A stretch of 63,719 bases of DNA, the filler included, from Octopus bimaculoides (lineage: Eukaryota): NCBI RefSeq assembly GCF_001194135.2. It is 4 parts of 4 records of this genome, joined end to end, with 100 filler letters (N's around TTAATTAATTAA, not from the genome) between each part and the next. Parts side by side here need not be neighbours in the genome. Positions count along the whole stretch, not along the records: positions 1 to 19,499 come from NC_068988.1; positions 19,600 to 45,550 come from NC_068997.1; 2 more parts are not named here. The stretch is one strand, 5' to 3'. How positions within the stretch are numbered: the first letter of the stretch is position 1; the number at the start of each line of letters is the position of its first letter. Below are positions 12,376-24,991 of the stretch, piece after piece. Under the pieces are notes generated by a model. The model made no database searches. It was not told the origin of the DNA and saw only the letters and a list, made by a program, of their open reading frames with translations. Both the position numbers and the translations under genes were made by a program.

Positions 12376-12434
12376 ACATACGTATATTTTTTTCAACGCT
12401 GGTTCGTGCGATTTTATGTATGTACTTGTGTGTA

Positions 12435-12478
<44 letters not shown>

Positions 12479-13080
12479 TGTGTGTATAAGCCGGTGATGT
12501 TGGGCATTGGGTGTAGTAGTAGGTGTGGGCAGGGAGTGGGCAGGGAGTGGGCGTGGTGTGTAGAATGATGGGTGTAGGAGTATGGTAGTGGGTGTGGTTT
12601 CAATAAATTTATTACTAAACGATAAGTAAATACACTTACTGTTCAACATTGATTAATTTTTTTTATCTTGTTACCGTACATCACTATGTCTTTGAGCAAT
12701 CCTCTGCTCAAGGGCGTTCCAGTCGCGACCATCTTGTATCTTTGTATATTTATGACAACATCGCCAAATGTGTTCTTCTTTTTATGACAGTGAGATGTAA
12801 CTTGAGGGAATTTGGTTGCTATTTCTACCGGCTCAAACAACTACATAGAAACTCCACCATTAACCTAGGTAATTGCACCTGCATACACACATGTCACACA
12901 CACATATACACAAACATTCACTTATGTGCGAACGTTTGTAAAACATGTGTTTGTTTGTGTGTTGTAAATAAGAATATATCTATGTAGGTAGACTTATGCA
13001 TTGCATACATGCGTATGTATGTTCGTATGTATGTATTTATATATCCAAATACGTATGTATGCAGTACGTATGTACTTATG

Positions 13081-13123
<43 letters not shown>

Positions 13124-13463
13124 NNNNNNNNNNNNNNNNNNNNNNNNNNNNNNNNNNNNNNNNNNNNNNNNNNNNNNNNNNNNNNNNNNNNNNNNNNNNN
13201 NNNNNNNNNNNNNNNNNNNNNNNNNNNNNNNNNNNNNNNNNNNNNNNNNNNNNGTGTCTATCTATATCTATCTCTCTATATATTTATACATGTATGTAAA
13301 TACGTACGTATTTATATAAATATTTATGTTGGCATCTATGTACGTATGTATGTATATTATAAATAAACATAGTGATGGAATAACTGTGACGCACATTTGT
13401 AGTGATGTCACGCGTAGTTCAGTATATGTGTACATCATAAAGAATCTCTGTGTGTGTGAGTGA

Positions 13464-13504
<41 letters not shown>

Positions 13505-13898
13505 TGGGCCTGGGCATAAAGTAAGTTTAAAGTACTTACAAAATGATATACCACAGTCAGTCTGTCACAGTAAGAAAGGAAGTTCAGAAATATGATAGGA
13601 TGAGCCTAACCATATTGCAATAATAAATAGAACAAGGGTAGCAGAATCGGTGGAGCAGCGCTGAATTAAATATTGTGCTGTACTACGTTCAAATAAAGTC
13701 TCGGGCTGACTGTCTTTCTTTTAGCATCCACTTTACAACCACAGGAGAGCCGTTAGTGTCTATAGTATTACGCGCAACTTAGTAATCATTATTAAGACAA
13801 AAATGCCTGCATTTAAATCTTTATGTATGCACGTATGTATGATTACATGTATGTATGTATGTATGTATGTATGTATGTATGTATGTATGTGTGTGTGT

Positions 13899-13959
<61 letters not shown>

Positions 13960-14056
13960 TATCTGTGTAATCACTTTGTTGAATTCTTCGAAGAAAATGT
14001 TTCGAAAAAATATTGATATATACATAGAGACATATTTGTCAATCAATCAATCAGTC

Positions 14057-14101
<45 letters not shown>

Positions 14102-14109
14102 GTCAGTCA

Positions 14110-14183
<74 letters not shown>

Positions 14184-14904
14184 GGATGGCTATATATATT
14201 GTGAAGTCCCATTCAACTTGACCTGCATGGTAAATTTAATTGTTATTCATAAACATGCTTAAGATATTATATATATCTTATATTATATTATATTATATTA
14301 TATACATATATAATATAATATGACCTTTTCTTGTGCATGTTTATACCACGTTTTTCTGTTGCTATTTCATAATACTAGCATAAGTTCCTCAAATCTATTG
14401 CGTCTATAGACGTTCTCTCACCCAGCTAAATTTGGGTGGAAAGAAAATACATGGTTATTTCTTCTTAAACTTCACATAATCTGCAGTTACTTTGTGTATT
14501 CTATTACATGCATTTTAGTTATTTCTGAGAGAAAAGCTTTAATCGTCTGCTGCAATAAAGAGTTCTTCAGTCGCTGCTTTGATTTCAGGGCCTCTCAGAA
14601 ACGTGTGCGGTTTTTCTATAGTTATTTACACCCTCTTCAGTTTGTTTTTTTTGGTATTGGCAACGGAAGGTCTTTTCTTTGTAACTGCTTTATTATAGCA
14701 GCCTTTAATCCTTGTTAATCCCATATTTTAGCTTAGAATTTAGCTTTTGAAAGATTCGTTTTTGTTTCATCTCTCCTCCCGTTATAGTCTGTCATGTAAG
14801 CTTTTGTTTTGTATTAGTTTTCTTTATCTTCTTCGTATTTTGCAGTTATCTTATAATAATTTTAGCAGAGGGGTGATGTTCTGATGGTGATATTAAAGAA
14901 AAGC

Positions 14905-14935
<31 letters not shown>

Positions 14936-15112
14936 GAGAGAGACAGAGAGAGAGAGACAAAGAGACAGACAGACAGACAGACAGAAAGAGAGAGAGGGAA
15001 AGAAGGAGAGAGAGATGATGGTGATGGTGGTGGTGGTGGAAGTGGCGATGGTGAGTGCATAGTGAAAAGTAATTTTTTTAAATTGAACTTTTAAAACTTG
15101 AAGTTCTTTAAA

Positions 15113-15420
15113 TCACCTATCTCTTAACGCATTCGCATCCCAAACTTCCCATTCATTTTCGAAAGAAACCAATTTCCCGTTCGCCTGTCATATTCAATGA
15201 CTATCAACTAACCACAAGGGTAGACATTTGATAAAATAGAGTTGTTGTTGCCTCAACCTGTATTCAGCTATGGTCAGCTATATGCTGCATTCTGATGTGA
15301 GAGTTAAAGCTATATGCTGCATTCTGATGTCAGGGTTAGAGTTAATACTGACAAACAAAGGAAAAGAAGAGGGAGAGCTTACACGAAGAATATAGCCTGA
15401 AAAGAGGTATTGGATTGAAA
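15113..15420 (+). mobile_element. Helitron PIF1-helicase C-terminal relic
   Basis: Reads FIFERNQFPVRLSYSMTIN*PQG*TFDKIELLLPQPVFSYGQLYAAF, then after a 32-bp duplication SDVRVRV...YTKNIA*KEVLD*. This matches the Helitron motifs RQFPVRLAFAMTINKSQGQT...PVFSHGQLYVA and the terminal YTKNIVYKEVL. Confidence 0.85.
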
Positions 15421-16322
15421 GGTGTACGCAAATTGAAATGACCCATTACCTTGGCTTATAAATTACGAACGATGTGATTTTCAGAGTATGCCATGTTGCA
15501 TTAAATTTTTACCTTGTGAAATCGTGACCCCTATATCTAACATCTATACTATAATGGAGAAAGCAGCTTATTAATTACGTATGTAACAATTACTAAAAGT
15601 ACTAAAAGAAAGCAATTAATAAAGGGTTGACCGTCTGGAAATATTTTTATAAATTCATGTTTTAAGAAATTTCCTATAATTTCGATTTCTAAAGTTTATT
15701 GAATTTTTTTAACTCCAATTTATCGCAAATTTAAATATTCATTGCATTCACTGTGTCCAATTCTTCACAGTTTTAAATATTTATTGCATTCACTGCGGAG
15801 TATTCCATTTTCATTCGCAAAGTGTCTCACCTTCTTTTATAAGTTTTAATTCGCTATTTGGTAAACCGATAGTTTATTCTATTAATGTATACGTAATGTA
15901 AAAACATTATTTATTGAATGAAATTTTAAAAAAATACCCGTATAATTTTTGAACGCGGGATAGCTGTGAGAAGAGCCTAGAAAGTTGGGTAATTACTATT
16001 AGAAGACGAGGAGAAAAAAGTTACCGACAAGTACTTGATACTTGCACCTTATTCACAGTTTCTAAACATTCTACACCACTAAGCACGAGGGACTTCAACA
16101 GTGACACACACGCACACCAATACACACTCACGCACACACATAGATACACATACACACAAATGAAAGGCAATGAATGTGTGTGTACGCATGCGCGCATGTC
16201 TTGCTCACTGGCAAACCTTCGTACTGCATCACTTTTGTGAAGTTTTGTTAGTGAACAGGTCGCAGGTTGAAAGCGACGAAAATATTTTGACACAAATGAA
16301 ATTTTAATGTTGAAGTGAAACT

Positions 16323-16538
16323 GGTAATGCTTAAATACAGAGGTCCCTTAACGGGACTACTTAAATATAGAGGTACTACTTAAATACAGGTGTTACGTAC
16401 AAAACATTTTAAATGTACGCTGTGTGGACGTATAATGACTATCTAACTAACCCTAAAACTAACCTTAACCCTAAAAACTAACCCTCCCTTTCATATCGTT
16501 ACGTAGATGCATCAGGACCTCTGTATTTAAGTAGTACC
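16323..16538. mobile_element. 216-bp MITE with 24-bp TIRs and internal degenerate (TAACCC)n
   Basis: ggtaatgcttaaatacagaggtcc (16323) vs reverse complement of 16515-16538 match 22/24. Two extra partial TIR copies follow the left TIR. Internal ctaaccctaaaactaaccttaaccctaa. Confidence 0.65.
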
Positions 16539-16546
16539 GTGAAGCT

Positions 16547-16722
16547 TACATCTACGCTGCAATTGGTTTTGCTTCAGCATGCGATCTCAGATCAAGTCAC
16601 TTGCTATGCAAGTACATCTCTCTAATTTTTTTGAATGGCCTACATCTACGCTGCAATTGTTTTTATTTCAGCACACGATCTCAGATTAAGTCACTTGCTA
16701 TGCAAGTACATCTCCTTAATTT
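16547..16722. repeat. 94-bp tandem duplication
   Basis: tacatctacgctgcaattg...aagtcacttgctatgcaagtacatctc occurs at 16547 and 16641. Confidence 0.9.
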
Positions 16723-18334
16723 AAAAAAAAATCACTGGAGATAAATGCCAACAATAATCTTCTCAGACTCTCCAATACTTTAATTTCTAAACAGAAACAA
16801 CCGGGGGGGATGGAGTGGGGTTGCAAAAAATTCATAATTTCTCAAATTTTCATTTTTATAGCATATATATGTATTTATGAGGGAAAATATTGAAAAACAT
16901 CAATAGATATGAGAGTGATAAAGAAATGAAGAGGGTTGTCTTTGGATGTGCTAGAAACAACTTCCAAATCGCCCTTAAATCACTCAAATTTCCCTCGGAA
17001 AATATTAACAACTTAAAAAAAAAAAATTACCGAAAATGCTCTTCCCATGGGTTTGAAGTGCAAAAAATAATTGGCCAAAATAGGTCCGAGTAGGATGATG
17101 AGGGAGCGGGTGTAAAAAAGAGTTTGTCAAGTTTTACCTTTCATACAAAGATGCCCTCCCGGCAACCACATCATTTCGAAGACGGTGGCTTTAAAAAAAT
17201 GGGGAAATTCCCCGAAAAAGTTTTCTCCACAAATTTCTTTATAATCGTAATCTATGCCGTTTGAAAGGGATTTGTATAAATTCTCATCAAAAGATAGTCA
17301 TCTTCTTGAAAGTTATGAGAGAAAAAGTCAGATCGTGTGAATTTTCCAAAACTCCTCTCTCCACCCCATCAGAAAAATTCTTTCTCATAAATCGCTTATA
17401 TACTATGAAGCTACATCTAAGCGGTATTTGTAGAAAATTTTATTAAAAAGTATCCATTTTTCTGGATGTTATGAGGCAACAAAGTCGGGGGCGTATACAT
17501 CTGTAGTAATGCCCTTCTATTTATACGATTTTTTCATTTACACCACTGTTTACAATGCTCTCTCTCTCTTTCACACATACTGCAAAGCTTACAGATGGGC
17601 TGCTGAACTGAAATCTCTACGTTGCTTTGAAACTGCTTCTTCCTCTGTTGTTGGACTACTATGATCTTTGTTTAAAAAAAGAGAGATTATGTCTGTGATA
17701 AAATAATGAAAGCAATTATTACTAAGCAAGCGAACACTATTATACAAAGAAATAATTAGACAAAAAATGCAAAAATTATTTGAATTGGGAATCAAATGTG
17801 AAAATATTATCAAGGGGCTAGCAGAAAACCACCCGGAGGGCGGTCTTTCTGCAAGCATAAAATAATTTTTTTACCATAAAAGTTTTGTTTTCTGGATATG
17901 AAATTGTGACCATGTAAATTTTAGAATGTAATTTATGGGAAAAAAATGTAAAAAAATAAGAGTGGATATTTATTTTACGAGTGCTGTGTATTAAGTCTAT
18001 AAAATTGTGCATAAAATATATAGAGTATATTTATAAGTGCATGAATAGCAGATGAGCGACTTTATTTTGATATAGACACTACAGGCTACGCTTTCAGGTT
18101 TTTTGGATAAAGTTTTCAGGAATAACCCAATAGGTTTACTATTAATTCTGTGTCCCGCTAGTTTTCTATTATTTTTATAAGGTATTTTTGTAATTCTGCC
18201 GTAAATATTATATAATATTCTTTTAGTTGTATAAAGCCCTAATGCCTCTGTATTAATCGTAATATCATGTGGTAGTCTTCATTATTCACATTATTTATAT
18301 TCGAAGGATATATGTCCTCATCTTGTTTGCTGTT

Positions 18335-18380
18335 AACACAACGTTTCGGCTGATATACGCTCCAACCTTCTCCAGGTGTC
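18335..18380 (-). ncRNA. Minimal Penelope-type hammerhead ribozyme fold, catalytic core mutated
   Basis: Minus strand: GACAC-CTGGAGA-A-GGTTG GAGCGTATAT CAGCC-GAAA-CGT-T-GTGTT. Stem I GACAC/GTGTT, stem II GGTTG/CAGCC, palindromic AACGTT in place of stem III. CTGATGA has become CTGGAGA. Confidence 0.6.
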
Positions 18381-18443
18381 TTGGAGAAATTTCGAACCTG
18401 GATTCTCATTCTTAAGGTATTTTCGATGTCGTTGTTGTTGTTG

Positions 18444-18479
<36 letters not shown>

Positions 18480-18885
18480 GTGTTCAGGAATCTTGGGGTT
18501 AGTAGCCCGCGCTCTTAACTACTACGCCATATGCCCGTGGACAATTATGGAGTGAATTTTAGGGCTTATAAATCAAATGTTTTCCTATCCTTCCTTAATA
18601 CTGGTTCCCATATGCTACTCATATCTGCACTTGGTCTGCTTAGGAGGTTGTTGTGTCCTAGCATATGTGCTACTTCTTTTAGTTTTCGTATTTTCCAGTG
18701 TTCTCTGTCTATTATATTTTAATTTCATCCCACAGGGTGAGGTGGTCTCCATTTTTCCATACATGATCAGCTATAAGCGATTTATCAATATGGAAAAATG
18801 GAGACCACCTCCCTCTCTGGGATGAAGTTAAAATAATAGACAGAGAACACCACTTATGGTAAATAAAAAAATCATTATCTATCAT

Positions 18886-18932
<47 letters not shown>

Positions 18933-19286
18933 TGTGAAGAGGCTCCTTATGCCCTACGTTCATATACAAACCTACGTGCATATACATGCAGACATATACA
19001 TACGTAGTACATACGTAATACATACGTAAAGACATGTATGAAATTTCACACCTGTCAACACTACTATTGTTTACTGCATTTCTTTCCCTTGTAACCACAC
19101 ACAGACATATATACACACATACACACACACAAGCACACACGCACACACACACACGCACACACATTAGTCAGTCATTAAATCTGACGTTCGCACCTTCGTT
19201 CATCTCATACAAATTATTTCTGCACTGAGTCACATACATCTCTTCTGACCGGTGTCTTCCTATTTAGTGCTTTACTTCAGCATTAC

Positions 19287-19321
<35 letters not shown>

Positions 19322-19409
19322 TATCATCATCATCATCATCATCATTATCATCATCATCATCATCATCACCCACATTCATCTTCACTCAAGATTGACTTTG
19401 TTTATTGAA

Positions 19410-19499
<90 letters not shown>

Positions 19500-19543
19500 N
19501 NNNNNNNNNNNNNNNNNNNNNNNNNNNNNNNNNNNNNNNNNNN

Positions 19544-19555
19544 TTAATTAATTAA
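19544..19555. other. Assembly linker TTAATTAATTAA in a 100-bp gap
   Basis: 44 N + 12 nt + 44 N. The linker has stop codons in all six frames. Identical constructs are at 45595-45606 and 60047-60058. Confidence 0.9.
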
Positions 19556-19599
19556 NNNNNNNNNNNNNNNNNNNNNNNNNNNNNNNNNNNNNNNNNNNN

Positions 19600-19936
19600 C
19601 ACCTGAAACTTCTCCTCTAGTTCTGATAGTGACTCCGCAATTAGGGCAAGGTCATCAGCATAGAGGAGCTCCCAGGGGCAACCTGTCTTGAACTCCTCTG
19701 TGATTGCCTGGAGGACTATGATAAATAAGAGGGGGCTGAGGACAGAACCTTGGTGGACCCCTACCTCTACCCGGAATTCATTGCTGTACTCATTTCCAAC
19801 CCTCACCTTACTGGCAGCATCTCTGTACATGGCTCGCACAGCTCTCACTAACCATTCTTCTATCCCAAGTTTCCTCATTGACCACCAGATAAGGGATCGG
19901 GGGACCCTGTCAAAGGTTTTCTCCATGTCAACGAAA
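19600..19936 (-). mobile_element. RTE-clade LINE reverse transcriptase fragment (young, open frame)
   Basis: FVDMEKTFDRVPRSLIWWSMRKLG...VGVHQGSVLSPLLFIIVL...WELLYADDLALIAES, uninterrupted up to the gap. Confidence 0.93.
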
Positions 19937-20748
19937 AAAGCCTTAATAATAACAATAATGATGATGATAAATAATAATAAGCTTTTCTTTATTGGCCACA
20001 AGGGCTGAACACAAAACAAAAAGGGACGATACAATACAAGGGACAAGTGGGGCTTAACATAATATATAAAAAATAAAATGAAACAATAACAATTAGCAAC
20101 AAAAATTTAACAATAAAACTCTCCAAAAGGTAGGGAGTTTCTCCCAAGGGCAACCAAGGAATCCTATACATGCTGCTCACCGCAACCATCAAAAGCACCT
20201 CAGGCAGGTACCTCACCCCTTCTCAACCCTTCCAACTTACAAGCATATGTTCAGAGTAGGCCAATTCACACAGGCCATATTTGCCACATCCACCCACCTT
20301 TCAACAAAATTACTGGGCATGAAACACATATAACCCATTCAAGAGCACACAAAGTGTGCTAATTTTACATAAACATTTATTATTTATTACTTGGTATCAA
20401 AGTTTTCATTGCATGAACTGTGAATTGGCCACTGACATGATTACATTGTAGTTAGTGCAACAAAAATGTCTTGACTATAATAAAACAACAAAAGGAGTGG
20501 GAGTAAGTGATAGTCAGAGATGTTAAATGCAGATGAACTGTAGTAAAAGGTTTCGCTCTGAAGTTGCTGGTATTTTAATCAAAATAAAATGCAAATTTTT
20601 ATTGTAAATTGTATTTAGTCTATCAGTTTCCCACATACACACATATATACAAGCATATATATGAAATTAAATATCAAACTTCTTTGTTTTCAAAATATTA
20701 TCATTCACATAACATTTATACATATGTATGTATGCATGTGTGTGTGTA

Positions 20749-20779
<31 letters not shown>

Positions 20780-21908
20780 GTGTGTGTGTATGTATGTATG
20801 TATGTATGTATGTAAAGGTCTGCTAAAAACGTCATAGGCTGAAAATTCTTTTGAAACAAGACATAAAAGATATACACAAACATATATATATATACACACA
20901 TATACACATATACATTTGTTGTGGGAGGAATCAGTTTATCAGAGGAACCAGAGAAGGGTTGGTGATTAGTGATAGGGTAGGGTAACTGTGTGTGTGTGTG
21001 TGTAGTAGGGGGGGTTGTGACATGGAGTATTTTCTATTTTGTACTTCAGGTGGAACAGTTGTTGGTTGATAAGCAGATGGCATAGAAAAAGTGTGTATTT
21101 TTGGTTGTCTGCTATATTTGGAAGTTTTTGAGAAGTTTGAGATAGATTAAGAGGCAGCGAAACAGTTGGGAAGAGATAAAGCTACAGAGAGAGAGAGAGA
21201 GAGAGAGCAAAGATGGGGNNNNNNNNNNGGGGGGGAGAGTGAATGAAAGAGAGGAGTAGGGAGAGAGACAAGGATAGACAGAAAGTGATAACAAAAATGA
21301 TTGCTTGGTTGAGAGATCAACAAAGAGCAAAAGAGAGAGAGAGAGAGTATGTAAGAAATATATAGAGAGAGAGGAGAAAGAAAATTAGGTTGGGTGTGTT
21401 TGTTTGTGTGTATGTGTAGGAGAGAGAGAGAGAGAGAGAGAGACTGTGTAATGTGTGTTGGAAGAGAGAGAGAGAGAGAGAAACACACTCATACATACAT
21501 ATATATGAGAGAGAAAGAGAGGGTCTGTGTATGTGTATGCATGAGGGATTTTGCTGTATACGTGTGTTTGTTGGAGAAAGTGTGAGAGGGACAGAGTGAA
21601 ACTACTTCCTGTGTGAGAGCATGTATGTAACAACGGAGAGAGAGAGAGAGATTTTTAAAGAGAGCAGCCAAAGAGATAAGGATGAAATGAAATTTAAATG
21701 AGACAGGGAAAGAATCTAGGTCTGGAGGGGGTTATATATAGCAGTGATAAGGTTTTTTTAGGGGTCATTAAATAGATAAACATGATAGGAGTTGTAGTGA
21801 AGGTGGAAGCAACATATCCTCATTTTCTTAGCTCTGACTAATGGAAGGGAAAGGGTTAAAAAAAATAGTATATATATATATATATATATATACACACANN
21901 NNNNNNNN

Positions 21909-21949
<41 letters not shown>

Positions 21950-22312
21950 ATAATGAAAGAGAGGGGAGGAGGGAGTGAGAGAAGAGATGAGGAAAGAAAG
22001 AAAAAAGACAAAAAAAATAAAATAGATTTAAAGATAGAGAGTGTTGTTTGTTAGTTCTTCAATAGTGGACCATATTTCTACAAGAAGTCTCTGCAGAAAA
22101 GGAACAGAGAATGTAAATGCAACTAAAAGAAGTAGAACAAGATTTTAAGGCTAAGATTCTTTGCTAAAGTAGGGGTTATCTTTGTGAATCCTTTAGAAGT
22201 CTTCTTCATTTTGAATCATACTCGTTGTGTGGTCCCCCTTTGAAGCCCCATGATACCAACCTACCTGAGACAAATCCTGGCTCTATGATACTCCCTAGTT
22301 TTAAGAAGACCA

Positions 22313-22800
22313 AAATTAAAACATTCCCTCAAAATTTCATGTTAATTTATGTTCCAAACATCAGCTTAACAAGGAGAAAATTATTTTATTAAATTCTTCA
22401 TTATTTTCCAAATTGATTGAAACAAAGGCAATGCATTTAACAGAAATATGGTAACCAAAGGATTAAAGTGATCTAAATTAAAACCTTCCATCACAACTTT
22501 TTGTTAATTTATGTTCCAAACATCAACTTCATAATAATAACAAAGCTATTTTACTAAATTCTTCATTATTCTCAAAATTGATTGATAAGAAGACAATGTT
22601 TTTCAACAGAAATGTAGTAACAAAAAGGAAGCGATTTAAATTAAAACCCCCCCATCAAAATTCCATGTTAATTTATGTTCCAAACACTGGCTTGATAATG
22701 GTAAGGTTATTTTACTCTGCTAAATTTTTCATTTATCCAAAAGGACATGAAACAAAAGTAGTTTTTTTGCTTTTTTTTTGCAAAGAATATGGTAACAAGA
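22313..22800. repeat. Tandem triplication of a ~163-bp unit (probably MITE-derived)
   Basis: tgttaatttatgttccaaaca at 22340, 22502 and 22666 (periods 162 and 164) with shared flanks. Confidence 0.85.
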
Positions 22801-23334
22801 AAAAGAAAGCTAAGGCAGTGTTTTAATGTTAGATACTTTTCATGTCTCTATTCTCTATCAGTTGCTTCTTATAACATTTAGGGTTGTAGTGTACCTGTTC
22901 TAAAGCCAGGAGATATTCAATATGTAAAAAAAAAAAAAGACTCGTGTGTAATTATAGATGACATAAGAGATAAAGTAGAAGAGCAGAGTAGGAGAGAACA
23001 TTAACTATGACACAGATATAGGACTCTAAGGCATAAATCATGAATCAACTTTATGAGACAGAATATGTAAGGCAGAGTGTGGTATGAGAATAAAGCAACG
23101 GTAGGAATCTATAGACTTGTACATATTGACTATGTACAGTTTACCCTACAATGTCATTCTCAAAATATACAATCACATCATTGAAATCTTGAAGCTACAA
23201 TATAATGCATAATTCATTCAAAACACTTCATTTGATGGAGTAATCTGAATGCTAAAAGGTTAAATATGTATTCTTTCTTTTATTTATTCTTTTTTTTTTT
23301 CTTTTATGTTGCTTCTTACTCTATTCTGATAAAG

Positions 23335-24026
23335 GGATCTATTTTAAAACGGGGGCGCCAGTATTTTCTTAACGAAACACTAACGAAACACTTTGAAACT
23401 TGGGACACTGGTAGAATGTGTCATATAAAACATCTTTTACTCTTAGTCTTCTTAACAAAAAAAAGGAATTCGCAAGTTATTCCATGTTAAAGTTGTCGTA
23501 TTTCTGTAATTTCAACCAATCACTGACGTCTATTCAGCTCAATAGAGTTAATGCTGGGCGGTCATAAAAATGTTATTCCCTGTGACATATTTCATCCGGT
23601 TTAATCGTAATTTATACGCATATATTGTTTTTATAATAAATTACGCTGTGCGTATCTATGTGTGTAACAATTTTAGAGTTCGGATTCTAGAGTTAGGGTT
23701 AGTTTTAGGGTTAGGGTTACGNNNNNNNNNNNNNNNNNNNNNNNNNNNNNNNNNNNNNNNNNNNNNNNNNNNNNNNNNNNNNNNNAGGGGATTAATACGA
23801 TATACACCGTTACAGCGCTAACTGTTTTCAACTGAATAGACGTCAGTGATTAGTAGAAATTATCGAAATAAGACAATTTTTTACAGGAAATAAATTCGAA
23901 TACAAAAATTTTTTTCTGTTCTATAACACAAAATAGATAAGTATACGAAGTTTGAAAGTCTTTCCGTACCAAAAACACTACGTAAAACATAAATGAAAAC
24001 TGGCGCCCCCATTTTGAAATAGATTC
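23335..24026. mobile_element. Non-autonomous DNA transposon (Mutator- or hAT-like) with TSD
   Basis: TIRs ggatctattttaaaacgggggcgccagt / actggcgcccccattttgaaatagattc. Inner inverted block cactgacgtctattcag (23521) / ctgaatagacgtcagtg (23832). Flanking direct repeat (c)tgataaag at 23326-23334 and 24026-24034. Internal degenerate TTAGGG run. Confidence 0.8.
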
Positions 24027-24323
24027 TGATAAAGAATTCATCTGAAATGCTGCCACCACCGATGTAAATGACAACTGCTTGTAAAATATAGTCTAAAACA
24101 GTAATTAATCTATTTTAATTAAATCTAGTAGTGACCGTGTGTAAACAATGCTTATAAAATACACTATAAAAAAGGAATTAAATCAGTTTAATAAACCTTA
24201 TAAAATTATAAAACATGTAATTAATTCACTTTAATTAACCTTAGTAGTCACCTCTGTTTCATACCAGCTGCTAAAATGTTTCCAGTTCTTTTACATTACT
24301 GGAAGTCAGAGTCCCTATTCTTT

Positions 24324-24445
24324 TATTCTTTTACTTGTTTCAGTCATTAGGCAGTGACCATACTGGAGCATCACCTTAAAGGGTTTTAGTTGAAGAAATT
24401 GACCCCAGGACTTATTCTTTGTAAGCCTAGTACTTATTCTATTTT
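24324..24445 (-). mobile_element. SINE family A 3' tail, abutting the HERO relic
   Basis: ttttacttgtttcagtcatt...gaccccaggacttattctttgtaagcctagtacttattctat. Confidence 0.8.
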
Positions 24446-24447
24446 GA

Positions 24448-24657
24448 CGAAAGCGAGGTGAGTGTAATGTCTGGTCTCATAACACTTTTGTTAATGATAT
24501 CTGGGTGATTCTTCCATTCGGAAAGGTCTGCTGAGCGTTTCCAGTCATTACTCCATTCAGTAGGCCCTATTTCCATGGTTCAGTTGGTACACTAGTTCCA
24601 GGTCACAATTTTTTACTCCCTGCAGAACATAACATTGGTAGCACTTCTGTCCATATT

Positions 24658-24660
<3 letters not shown>
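24448..24660 (-). mobile_element. HERO-like RLE non-LTR retrotransposon fragment
   Basis: Minus strand EWSNDWKRSADLSEWKNHPDIINKSVMRPDITLTSLSS resembles the recalled DW..SADL.EW..HP.II...RPDI.L.S segment that precedes ELTVP in HERO-clade restriction-like endonucleases. Confidence 0.55.
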
Positions 24661-24690
<30 letters not shown>

Positions 24691-24991
24691 CAAAGTATTA
24701 GGTCCTGGTAGAGGTGTAAAGTTAGGATATTTCCAGAGAAGCACTCAATCCAAATACTGGGCTATCAACACTGTCGGGTTCCAGGCCAATGCCGGAATTC
24801 CTCAGGTGTAGAAAATCCTTGTTTTACTACAATCACATCATAAAGTGGATTTGGCAAAGAGCAAATAATCCATATTAGAAGAAGAAGAAGACAAAGAAAA
24901 TTCTTTGCATAAACTGGCGTTGCAAGCAGAGTTGGTACAGAAACAATTTATTAACCTTATCTCTGCCACTTGAGGATGTATAATAATTATC

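Noticed and set aside
14340-14830. Possible LINE ORF1-like relic on the minus strand (similar impression at 26520-26940)
   Set aside because: Purine-rich and protein-like but no motif could be named.
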